Shown here: in pieces, positions 1 through 6,849 of the stretch
Layout of the letters: each line of letters opens with the position of its first letter
Position numbering within the stretch: the stretch's first letter is position 1
Source: a virus
DNA length: 42,878 nt
Strand: one strand, 5' to 3'
IMG/VR virus record: IMGVR_UViG_3300045988_083839
Span: 1-42,878 of that record
Position numbers and translations under genes: made by a program
The notes under the pieces: model-generated
Databases searched by the model: none
The model's input: only the letters and a program-made list of their open reading frames with translations
Told to the model about the DNA's origin: nothing

Positions 1-55
1 ATGGTTCTGTCTGCCATCTTCAAAGCTCTGGCGAAAATCTGCTCCGGTGTATTCC
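1..55. repeat. Terminal overlap copy 1 (identical to 42824-42878)
   Basis: The string atggttctgtctgccatcttcaaagctctggcgaaaatctgctccggtgtattcc occurs at both window ends. Confidence 0.97.
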
Positions 56-368
56 ACGCCTTTTCCAAGTCAAGGAAGTACTGGCGGTACTGACGACCTT
101 TCTCGGTTCTCTGTATCATGCAAATCTGCTTCGCCATATCTACAGAAATCTGATAGTCAAGCAACTCTCTTGTCACTTCCCTGGAACCTTCAATTCGAAC
201 CTGCTCATTTTTGAGCGGGTTGAAATCTTTCCCTATTTCAAATCCATACTCTGCCATTCTCGGAAACCAATCCTTGAAAGCTGTTTTGATTTCCAATCCT
301 TCATGCAACTCTCTAGCCGACACAGTTGGTTCTTTTGTGCTGTAATTGATTCTCATTAAATCATTCAT
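1..368 (-). CDS. Antirepressor, N-terminal part (AntA-like); continues across the circular junction into 42430-42823
   Basis: My translation from ATG 368 gives MNDLMRINYSTKEPTVSARELHEGLEIKTAFKDWFPRMAEYGFEIGKDFNPL...EKAWNTPEQIFARALKMADRT. It joins in frame to ORF 42430..42846 (368+394 nt = 254 codons). An in-frame TAG lies just upstream of ATG 368. Confidence 0.75.
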   Translation of the reverse strand, partial: MNDLMRINYSTKEPTVSARELHEGLEIKTAFKDWFPRMAEYGFEIGKDFNPLKNEQVRIEGSREVTRELLDYQISVDMAKQICMIQRTEKGRQYRQYFLDLEKAWNTPEQIFARALKMADRT

Positions 369-388
369 TTTCTACACCGTCCTTGTAA

Positions 389-404
389 TTTAGTTTTCTA
401 AACT
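389..404. promoter_or_regulatory. Operator-like palindrome O3 (TTTAG-TTTT-CTAAA) upstream of the antirepressor gene
   Basis: Same TTTAG-N4-CTAAA dyad as 632-647 and 691-704. The 22-nt block 389-410 matches 691-712 with 2 mismatches. It overlaps the cro-like stop and lies 21 nt upstream of the ant ATG. Confidence 0.6.
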
Positions 405-613
405 TTTTCTGTAAAAAAATAAATGGGAATTTCTTTTTGACTTAGTCCTAGAATTTCACAAGCCCTGAAAATTTCATCTTGGGAAAATTCCAATTTATTA
501 TTTAATCTCTGACTTAAAGAAACTCGACCAATTCCGAGTTTATCTGCAAAATTATCTTGGGTTTCGCAAACTTCACGAATTTTTCCCCTCAGCATTCTGT
601 AATCCCATGCCAT
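398..613 (-). CDS. Cro-like XRE-family HTH regulator (71 aa)
   Basis: MAWDYRMLRGKIREVCETQDNFADKLGIGRVSLSQRLNN has an HTH pattern. GGAGGTG lies 8 nt before ATG 613. The gene is divergent from the CI-like gene. Confidence 0.7.
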   Translation of the reverse strand: MAWDYRMLRGKIREVCETQDNFADKLGIGRVSLSQRLNNKLEFSQDEIFRACEILGLSQKEIPIYFFTEKV

Positions 614-631
614 TTTTATCACCTCCGTTCA

Positions 632-647
632 GTTTAGTTATCTAAAC
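632..647. promoter_or_regulatory. Operator-like palindrome O1 (GTTTAG-TTAT-CTAAAC)
   Basis: Perfect 6+6 inverted repeat between the candidate lytic -10 and the cro-like RBS. Confidence 0.6.
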
Positions 648-690
648 ACCATTATGTTATCACTCTGCTTGCGCTTTGTCAATACTGTTT

Positions 691-706
691 TTTAGTTTTC
701 AAAACT
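691..706. promoter_or_regulatory. Operator-like palindrome O2 (TTTAG-TTTT-CAAAA / AGTTTTCAAAACT)
   Basis: Dyad just upstream of the candidate lytic -35. Near-identical to the 389-410 block. Confidence 0.55.
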
Positions 707-783
707 TTTTGTTAAAATATATAATTGAAATGTTGCGTTTTCTGAACATATATGCTAATATAAAGTTACTGGAGGTATAATTT

Positions 784-1287
784 ATGAGCACACTGGCTGA
801 TAGGTTAAAAGAAGGAATGTCTCTTCGAGGATTACGGCAAGCTGATATTGTTGAAAAAACTGGCATTAACAAAGGAGCTTTAAGTTCATACATTTCCGGC
901 AGATACCAACCAAAACAAAATAATATTTTTCTGCTGGCTAAGGCCCTGGATGTCAATGAAGCTTGGTTAATGGGGGCTAATGTCCCAATGGAACGCGCAA
1001 CTATGGCCGATATTGACGAATATAAAAATAAGATGATAGAATTTTCAAACCGTTGGAACATTCAATATTTTGAAAAAAAGATGCTTGAGTCATTCTCTCG
1101 CCTTTCTGATTCAAATAAAGAAAAAGCCATCAGCTACACAGAAAATCTATTGAGCATCCAGCAAATGGAAGAAGAACAGGCTCATCTCATCCCCCGGGCA
1201 GCTCATGAGCGTACCGATATCGAAGTAACTGACGAAATGCGCCAGTACGATGATGAACTCATGAGGAATGATGATGTATGGAAATAG
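784..1287 (+). CDS. CI-like XRE-family repressor (167 aa)
   Basis: The N-terminal HTH (LRQADIVEKTGINKGALSSYISGRYQPK) is followed by a C-terminal extension. GGAGGT lies 7 nt before the ATG. First gene of the plus-strand lysogeny operon. Confidence 0.75.
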   Translation: MSTLADRLKEGMSLRGLRQADIVEKTGINKGALSSYISGRYQPKQNNIFLLAKALDVNEAWLMGANVPMERATMADIDEYKNKMIEFSNRWNIQYFEKKMLESFSRLSDSNKEKAISYTENLLSIQQMEEEQAHLIPRAAHERTDIEVTDEMRQYDDELMRNDDVWK

Positions 1288-1300
1288 AGGTTGATATAGA

Positions 1301-1762
1301 TTGAATTATGAAGAATTGTTGATGGAGGCAGATTCCTCCGGCATTAAAGTCAAAGAGCTGCCTCTTCAGTCAGGGGACGGTCAATGCCTGGGAAATCGAA
1401 TCGCTATTCGAAATGGATTAACCTCTGTAAAAAAAGCAGACGTTCTGGCCGAGGAACTGGAGCACTGTTATATTAATGTTGGGAATATCTTGGACCAGGA
1501 TAAGATAGGCAGCCGGAAGCAGGAACGCACTGCACGGCTCCGGGCCTACAATCGGCGCATCGGCCTGACGAGAATTATAGATGGATACAAAGCACACTGT
1601 CGCAGCCGCTACGAACTGGCTGAGTTTCTGGGCGTGAGCGAGGACACTCTCTCTGAAGCGTTAGAGTTGTACCGGGAGAAATACGGCTGTTACGTTGAAA
1701 TAGATAATTACATTGTGATGTTCGAACCGTCTCTGGCGGTTATGGAGAAATTTAATAAATAA
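1301..1762 (+). CDS. ImmA/IrrE-like (DUF955-like) putative repressor-cleaving metalloprotease partner
   Basis: Lies immediately downstream of the repressor. The LAEELEHCYINVG segment sits where ImmA has HExxH, but the first His is replaced by Glu. TTG start with GAGGT 8 nt upstream. Confidence 0.5.
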   Translation: MNYEELLMEADSSGIKVKELPLQSGDGQCLGNRIAIRNGLTSVKKADVLAEELEHCYINVGNILDQDKIGSRKQERTARLRAYNRRIGLTRIIDGYKAHCRSRYELAEFLGVSEDTLSEALELYREKYGCYVEIDNYIVMFEPSLAVMEKFNK

Positions 1763-1773
1763 GGGGGTTTGTT

Positions 1774-2799
1774 ATGAGAATTTCAAAATTATTGTTATTA
1801 TCAGTTGGGCTGTCGTTAGCTTCTACCATACCGACTCTTGCCGGATGGGAACAGATGGAGGATGGAGGATGGAAATACAAAGATGACTCCACTGGACAAT
1901 ACTACTCTTCTGGTTGGCAATGGATTGATAGTGACGGAGATGGCTTGTCAGAAAGTTACTACTTTGATATTGGTGGCAGGTTACTGACAAACACAACCAC
2001 GCCAGATAATTATAAGGTAAATGAAAATGGCGCATGGATTGTTGATGGAACTGTTCAAACAAAAAATGTGGACGAACAACCAACTAAATCTATAGATACC
2101 TCTGAAGCAAGTTCTGCCCGTCAAGAAGAAACCAGGGCAGCTTTTCTCTCCACATATGGTGAATACCTAAATAAAATTGCTTCTTTGGCAAAAGAAAATA
2201 ATCATATCTCTGTTTTAAATGAAATGGAAAAAATTAATTATGTTAAAATGGTTGATGCCCTTCCATCTAATGAATTTTGTTATATGACTGATAATTCTAC
2301 AGGACTTAAGGTCAGACCTGATTATTTGTACTATGGAAGTTTGACTGATGGAATTGCAAACGGAACAGGTAATATGTACATTACCTATTCTAAATTTTCC
2401 AAATCCACATTTCGATATGGTTACTTTGTCGGAGAATGGAAAGATGATGCTCCCAATGGAAAAGGGGAAGAGCATTTTTATTCCAATAATTCACCAAACA
2501 AAATTCACAACATAGGAAACTATGTGAATTGGTATCAGGATGGTGATATGACAAGCATCTATTACGACAACGAGCAAGCTCTACAAAACACTTATAAATA
2601 TAAAGTAATAGACAAACTCCCAGTAGGAATTGATAAAAAGGTAAACGGACGCAAAGAGGTATGTACAGTTGTTGCCTATCCTGAAGAAAACAAGAGTCGA
2701 GCATACTTGACATTCTACGATACAGCACAATCCGTTCTTCATTATAATTTGCATGATGGAAATCTTGCAAATGCTTATGGATATTGGAGAACACGATAA
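1774..2799 (+). CDS. Secreted moron protein: signal peptide, cell-wall-binding-type repeats, MORN-like repeats
   Basis: MRISKLLLLSVGLSLASTIPTLA reads as a signal peptide. GWKYKD...YYSSGWQWID...YYFDIGG are choline/cell-wall-binding-like repeats. YYGSLTDGIANGTG and YFVGEWKDDAPNGKG are MORN-like. The gene is AT-rich. Confidence 0.6.
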   Translation: MRISKLLLLSVGLSLASTIPTLAGWEQMEDGGWKYKDDSTGQYYSSGWQWIDSDGDGLSESYYFDIGGRLLTNTTTPDNYKVNENGAWIVDGTVQTKNVDEQPTKSIDTSEASSARQEETRAAFLSTYGEYLNKIASLAKENNHISVLNEMEKINYVKMVDALPSNEFCYMTDNSTGLKVRPDYLYYGSLTDGIANGTGNMYITYSKFSKSTFRYGYFVGEWKDDAPNGKGEEHFYSNNSPNKIHNIGNYVNWYQDGDMTSIYYDNEQALQNTYKYKVIDKLPVGIDKKVNGRKEVCTVVAYPEENKSRAYLTFYDTAQSVLHYNLHDGNLANAYGYWRTR

Positions 2800-2820
2800 T
2801 TAACTTCTAAAAACAAAAAA

Positions 2821-2849
2821 CCGCCCCTGCGCCAACAGGAACGGCTTTT
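2821..2849 (+). terminator. Candidate intrinsic terminator after the moron gene
   Basis: Imperfect stem ccgcccctg/caggaacgg followed by cttttg. Confidence 0.45.
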
Positions 2850-2963
2850 GTATAGATTTTCTCTTGCCGGATTACTCCAGGAAGATATACTCTACACCCA
2901 AATAAAGTATATCATTTCTGGAACGTCCTGGCAAGGGGCGTATTTTTTATACTCAATTTACTG

Positions 2964-2977
2964 TTGCGATACCGCAA
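2964..2977. promoter_or_regulatory. Palindrome TTGCGATACCGCAA (copy 1, one mismatch), 23 nt upstream of the int ATG
   Basis: Member of the TTGCGA-NN-TCGCAA family. It is preceded by the hairpin 2923-2941 plus ATTTTTTATACT. Confidence 0.5.
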
Positions 2978-2999
2978 CACCACCAGAAAGGATGATATT

Positions 3000-4070
3000 A
3001 TGGCAAAAGCAAAGAAACTGAAATCGGGGAGCTGGAGGTGCCTGGTATATGATTACACAGATGATGCCGGGAAGCGACACTATAAATCATTTACGTGCGA
3101 CGATCCCTCTCCAAAAGGAAAAAGAAAAGCAGAAATGATGGCTGCTGAATATGCAACAACCGAAAAGAATAACAAACTGTTAAATATGAAAAACCAAAAT
3201 ATTACACTAGGTGAAGCATGGGATATGTACATTGAAAACCGCTCTTCTGTCTTATCGCCCGGAACAGTTCGTGAATATAAGCGTTCTCGAAAAACTGACC
3301 TAAAAACATTGATGCCTATGCGGCTTTCGGATATTACCTTAGATGATATCCAAATCGCTATTAATGCTGAGGCCCTGAATCATTCTGCAAAAACAGTGAG
3401 AAACATCCATGGCTTATTATCTGCCGTTATGGGAACTTATCGCCCTAGTCTTTCTTTGAAAACAGACTTGCCTAAGCCCACTCGCCCAGAACTATACATT
3501 CCCAGTGATGCAGAAATCAAAATTCTTCTGAAATATCTAAGTGGAAATGAAATGGAAATTCCTGTCTTGTTGGCTGCATTCGGACCTATGAGAAGAGGTG
3601 AAATATGCGCACTCTGTTATGAAGATATTCATGGAAATACAATCCATGTTCATGCAGCTCTGGCACAAGATGAAAATAAACAATGGGTGATAAAACCGCC
3701 AAAAACTTTTTCATCCGACAGGTATATAGAATTTCCTGAGTTTATTATTAAAAAAATTGGAAAAGGAACTGGGCAAATTGTGCAAATGTCTCCTAATGCT
3801 CTTTCTTCCAGATTTTATCATATTCTAAAAAATGCAGGGCTGCCCCATTTTCGTTTCCATGACCTCCGCCATTATTCAGCTTCTATCCAGCATGCTCTGG
3901 GCATTCCTGATGTCTATATCATGCAGCGCGGTGGATGGTCGTCCGATGCCACTCTAAAAAATGTATACCGCCATGCTATGGATGATCAAGCACAAGAGAT
4001 GAATAATATAGCAAATTCGCATTTTGAAAACCTATGCAACACGAAATGCAACACGAACATTGAAAAGTAA
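3000..4070 (+). CDS. int: Tyrosine recombinase / phage integrase
   Basis: The C-terminal catalytic pattern is GLPHFRFHDLRHYSAS...GGWSSDATLKNVYRH. AAAGGA RBS before ATG 3000. The 2964 ORF extension was rejected. Confidence 0.93.
   Translation: MAKAKKLKSGSWRCLVYDYTDDAGKRHYKSFTCDDPSPKGKRKAEMMAAEYATTEKNNKLLNMKNQNITLGEAWDMYIENRSSVLSPGTVREYKRSRKTDLKTLMPMRLSDITLDDIQIAINAEALNHSAKTVRNIHGLLSAVMGTYRPSLSLKTDLPKPTRPELYIPSDAEIKILLKYLSGNEMEIPVLLAAFGPMRRGEICALCYEDIHGNTIHVHAALAQDENKQWVIKPPKTFSSDRYIEFPEFIIKKIGKGTGQIVQMSPNALSSRFYHILKNAGLPHFRFHDLRHYSASIQHALGIPDVYIMQRGGWSSDATLKNVYRHAMDDQAQEMNNIANSHFENLCNTKCNTNIEK
4032..4057 (+). repeat. 26-bp direct repeat copy 1 (2x ATGCAACACGAA), candidate integrase arm-type sites
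   Basis: ctatgcaacacgaaatgcaacacgaa is identical to 4248-4273. It overlaps the last codons of int. Confidence 0.6.
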
Positions 4071-4100
4071 CGTATCTAAGCCATTTTTAGCGATTTTACA

Positions 4101-4125
4101 GCAGGTTCAAATCCTGTTACTCCGA
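4101..4125 (+). other. tRNA 3'-end-like segment (T-arm, 3' acceptor strand, A73): candidate attP core
   Basis: GCAGG-TTCAAAT-CCTGT followed by TACTCCG-A. No matching 5' half lies upstream, so this is a fragment and not a gene. C1-G72/A73 is reminiscent of tRNA-Pro (weak). Confidence 0.6.
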
Positions 4126-4135
4126 CTAAATAAGA

Positions 4136-4187
4136 AGCCTTGTTTTATATGGGATATAATGAAAACCCGCATAAAACAAGGCTTTTT
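4136..4187 (+). terminator. Long hairpin plus T-run downstream of int / attP core
   Basis: agccttgttttat (4136-4148) pairs perfectly with ataaaacaaggct (4171-4183), followed by tttt. Confidence 0.6.
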
Positions 4188-4194
4188 CGTTGCT

Positions 4195-4244
4195 TCATTT
4201 TTCCTATACTGCTTTCATTTTTCGTAAAAAAGCGTCATTTTTCA
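4195..4244 (+). repeat. Three phased TCATTTTTC boxes (4195, 4215, 4235; exact 20-bp period)
   Basis: The motif recurs at two helical turns between the hairpin and the second arm repeat. Possible Xis/IHF-type or bending sites. Confidence 0.5.
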
Positions 4245-4247
4245 AAA

Positions 4248-4273
4248 CTATGCAACACGAAATGCAACACGAA
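4248..4273 (+). repeat. 26-bp direct repeat copy 2 (2x ATGCAACACGAA)
   Basis: Identical to 4032-4057. The two copies bracket the tRNA-like core. Confidence 0.6.
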
Positions 4274-4316
4274 ATTTCGATTTTAATATAAGGAAGAAAT
4301 AGATATTTATAATGAC

Positions 4317-5165
4317 CTATTTCGCCAACCCAGGCCACCGCAGCGCCCCATCTGCATCCGGCGTCAATGTGACCGGCTCAGTCAGCATCCGGCCCTCATC
4401 ATCCATGATGTACCACTTGTCATCAATCGTCTGCTGCCCCTTTACCATAGCTCCATCCGCTCCCAGATAGTACCAATGGCCATTGTAGCAGTACCAGGTG
4501 TCATGAACCATCATTCCGGCACCGTCAAACCAGTACCAGCACCCCTCATCCTCGTACCAGTCATTGACGACACAATGGTCGTTATCCAGGTAAAACCGCC
4601 AGCCGGCATCTTCCTGCTGCCAGCCGGATTTCCCCAGTTTTGACCATGGCGGCAGGCCATAGCCCAATATCTTGCTGTCGTTCCGGCTGTAGGATTTTCT
4701 ACATACTCCACCGCCGTTTTCCACCACCCCCGAAGCTCCGGAAGTGTTGCCCTCAATGGTCTTTACCCGCGTGGCCGTTACCCCCGCAACGATGCCGGTA
4801 TGGTATGCTCGCTTCCCGTTGGTAAAAAATATCACCGCTCCCGGCTCCGGAGTGCAACTAAAACAGCCGGCTTTTTTAAACTGTTCTACGCCCGTCGGAC
4901 AGTAGTGGTATAGATTGCCACATAATAGCATCTTGGCTGTCTCCAGGCCAAACGCCTGCACAAATACTTCTGAAACGAACATGGCGCACCAAGGCTGCCC
5001 CTGATAGTTGCCGCCGGTATGCTCCCGGTAATCCCTAGCAAAACAGGTATAGTTGTTACTGCCTGCGTTGGCCGTAAAATCGTCCAGATGGGCATTACTT
5101 CGCTTTTCCAAGTAGCCGACCCATTTGGCGGCCTGGTCGATTAACTTCTTTACTGTATTTTCCAT
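4317..5165 (-). CDS. Endolysin: N-terminal CHAP/NlpC-P60-type amidase/peptidase plus C-terminal cell-wall-binding repeats
   Basis: Catalytic-type motifs are GQPWCAMFVS (Cys), AYHTGIVAG (His) and IEGNTS. The C-terminus has GWxxxxxxWYY-type repeats. AGAGGAGA RBS before ATG 5165. Confidence 0.85.
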   Translation of the reverse strand: MENTVKKLIDQAAKWVGYLEKRSNAHLDDFTANAGSNNYTCFARDYREHTGGNYQGQPWCAMFVSEVFVQAFGLETAKMLLCGNLYHYCPTGVEQFKKAGCFSCTPEPGAVIFFTNGKRAYHTGIVAGVTATRVKTIEGNTSGASGVVENGGGVCRKSYSRNDSKILGYGLPPWSKLGKSGWQQEDAGWRFYLDNDHCVVNDWYEDEGCWYWFDGAGMMVHDTWYCYNGHWYYLGADGAMVKGQQTIDDKWYIMDDEGRMLTEPVTLTPDADGALRWPGLAK

Positions 5166-5229
5166 ATACTTTTCTCCTCTTAAAATGTATGTGCCCCCAC
5201 CATTACACATACAAAAACATTTGTTTTCA

Positions 5230-5258
5230 TTGACAAATATTATTATATGTGTTATTAT
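5230..5258 (+). promoter_or_regulatory. Strong sigma-70-type promoter for hicAB
   Basis: TTGACA (5230-5235), 17-nt spacer, TGT-TATTAT (5250-5258). Confidence 0.65.
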
Positions 5259-5279
5259 ATAATTGTCAGGAGGTACAAT

Positions 5280-5477
5280 ATGAAAAGCTATTCTTCAAGA
5301 GAGGTCTTGAAAATGCTGAAAGCCGACGGATGGTATGAAGTAAATGTAGTGGGCAGCCACCATCAATTCAAACATCCAACTAAAAAAGGGCGTGTTACTT
5401 TAAAACATCCTGACAAAGACATCCCTCGGAAGACGCTTGATAGTATTGAAAGACAGTCCGGGCTACTATTTCGGTAG
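5280..5477 (+). CDS. hicA: HicA mRNA-interferase toxin (65 aa)
   Basis: MKSYSSREVLKMLKADGWYEVNVVGSHHQFKHPTKKGRVTLKHP is the classic HicA/YcfA pattern. AGGAGGT RBS. Confidence 0.85.
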   Translation: MKSYSSREVLKMLKADGWYEVNVVGSHHQFKHPTKKGRVTLKHPDKDIPRKTLDSIERQSGLLFR

Positions 5478-5517
5478 CCCCGGACACTCCCTTCTGATAA
5501 TAATTGGAGGTATTGCC

Positions 5518-5919
5518 ATGAAAAAAGTAGAACGCTATTTCTACCCCGCAATTTTCACTTATGAACCAGATCAGGAAATCGCCGTTACTTTTCCTGATTT
5601 AGATTGCGCAACAAGCGGCATAAATGAAGATGATGCTCTTCTCTCTGCTCGAGAATTACTTGGCTGCGTCTTAAACGGTTTAGAAGAAGATGATGAGGAA
5701 ATCCCTTCTCCTACTCCCTTACCGAAAGTAGAACTTGCACCAAATGAAAGAGTGGTACTGATTGATGTTTATATGCCATCTGTTCGTATGGCTCAAATGA
5801 ACCGTTCTGTCAACCGAACTGTCACACTTCCTGCATGGCTAAATGCTGTTGCTTTGGAACACAATGTAAACTTCTCGCAGGTATTACAGGAAGCATTAAA
5901 ATCACAGCTTCATGTTTAA
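5518..5919 (+). CDS. hicB: HicB antitoxin
   Basis: YPAIFTYEPDQEIAVTFPDLDCATSGINEDDALLSARELL is a HicB N-domain pattern. The C-terminal DNA-binding-like tail is NRTVTLPAWLN. GGAGGT RBS before ATG 5518. Confidence 0.8.
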   Translation: MKKVERYFYPAIFTYEPDQEIAVTFPDLDCATSGINEDDALLSARELLGCVLNGLEEDDEEIPSPTPLPKVELAPNERVVLIDVYMPSVRMAQMNRSVNRTVTLPAWLNAVALEHNVNFSQVLQEALKSQLHV

Positions 5920-5927
5920 TTTATGTA

Positions 5928-5958
5928 TGCCCCCGGATTTTTCTCCAGGGGCATTTTT
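5928..5958 (+). terminator. Intrinsic terminator after hicB
   Basis: tgcccccgga / tccaggggca stem followed by ttttt. Confidence 0.75.
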
Positions 5959-5970
5959 ATGCTACATATG

Positions 5971-5984
5971 TTGCGACGTCGCAA
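5971..5984. promoter_or_regulatory. Palindrome TTGCGACGTCGCAA (copy 2, perfect)
   Basis: Lies 13 nt downstream of the hicB terminator T-run (TTTTTATGCT-N7-palindrome). Confidence 0.5.
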
Positions 5985-5985
5985 A

Positions 5986-6252
5986 TTACATAGGATAACA
6001 GACGTTTTCCCACTTTTTGTAAGCATCAAAGTACAGTTCCTTCTTGTCGCCGTTGTAGGTCAGTTCGTAGTACATGCCATCTGATACCGGAGTACTGAGC
6101 AGGGCCTTATGATTCTGCAGGCTCTTACAGTACCAGACTACAAATACGTCATCCGCGGCCAGATCTTCTCCTGAATCGGTCTTGTCCTTTTTCTGGTTGT
6201 GATACTCTGATACTCTTGCTTTGCAAATATTTAAAAATTCCTGACTTCCCAT
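5986..6252 (-). CDS. Small conserved phage protein (88 aa), function unknown
   Basis: GGAGAAAG RBS before ATG 6252. The MGSQEFLNICKARVSEYHN...YELTYNGDKKELYFDAYKK family is often seen next to DUF2829 genes (from memory). Confidence 0.55.
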   Translation of the reverse strand: MGSQEFLNICKARVSEYHNQKKDKTDSGEDLAADDVFVVWYCKSLQNHKALLSTPVSDGMYYELTYNGDKKELYFDAYKKWENVCYPM

Positions 6253-6265
6253 AACTTTCTCCTTC

Positions 6266-6778
6266 CTACTCTGCAAACATCCAATCCTCTGCCAGCATAT
6301 CCGCCTGACTGGCAAGCCATCCCATCTGTATGCCGCTTGTGCCAACAAATGAAATGGATTTATTTCCAATAGCATCATGCTCACAATTTACAACATCTCC
6401 TGCCGCATTCTTGTAGCTGATATTGGATGCCAATTCAATATATTGATTTTTTCCGTTCCATCCCTGCCGCTTAACCCTCATGCCTCGCTTCATCATTTTA
6501 ATGGCTGTTCCAAAATCGAAGGCAGCCACACCACCCAACACAGGAGTGTTTTCCTCTGTTGCAAAGATCCATTCGTCAGACAGGATATTCTTCAGAGTAT
6601 ATTCAACCCTCTGCGTTTCCCGAATATCAAGCACATCACCGGGCTTGTCTGCATCCTGCGGGCGGCAATGCATCATAATGGTTTCTTTTTCTGCGTCCCA
6701 ACACCAATATCCGCCCCATGACGGCAACTTAACCTTTGCGCCAGATTTCATTTTTTCAAAAGCTTCTGAAAATTTCAT
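6266..6778 (-). CDS. Tandem DUF2829 (Tad2-like) protein, candidate signalling-nucleotide sponge / anti-defence
   Basis: The C-terminal half FDFGTAIKMMKRGMRVKRQGWNGKNQYIEL...WLASQADMLAEDWMF is the canonical DUF2829 signature. The N-terminal half MKFSEAFEKMKSGAKVKLPSWGG...ILSDEWIF is a second, shorter copy. Confidence 0.7.
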   Translation of the reverse strand: MKFSEAFEKMKSGAKVKLPSWGGYWCWDAEKETIMMHCRPQDADKPGDVLDIRETQRVEYTLKNILSDEWIFATEENTPVLGGVAAFDFGTAIKMMKRGMRVKRQGWNGKNQYIELASNISYKNAAGDVVNCEHDAIGNKSISFVGTSGIQMGWLASQADMLAEDWMFAE

Positions 6779-6849
6779 AGTTCAATTCCTTTCTTATCAA
6801 AAAATACCCGGCATAACCCGGCCGGGTGCGGGAGATCCGGATCACCTCC

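Larger units (their letters stand above)
623..783. promoter_or_regulatory. Divergent immunity-switch region (candidate P-lytic and P-repressor)
   Basis: Minus strand: TTGACA (677-682), 17-nt spacer, TAACAT (654-659). Plus strand: TTGCGT (733-738), 17-nt spacer, TG-extended TAATAT (756-761). Two operator dyads lie inside the region. Confidence 0.55.

Noticed and set aside
2964-2999. Upstream-extended starts from the ORF track (int at 2964, hicB at 5437, hicA at 5247, endolysin at 5210, cassette gene A at 31924, and others)
   Set aside because: In each case an internal ATG/GTG with a properly spaced GGAGG-type RBS, or a stop-start overlap, gives the expected protein N-terminus. The extensions overlap promoters or upstream genes.
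4053-4125. A complete tRNA gene downstream of int
   Set aside because: Only the T-arm and 3' acceptor strand are present. No complementary 5' acceptor (CGGAGTA), D-arm or anticodon arm lies upstream, which is consistent with an attP core fragment.
4024-4227. 67-aa plus-strand ORF spanning the int 3' end and attP region
   Set aside because: It runs through the tRNA-like segment, the long hairpin and the phased repeats. It has no RBS.
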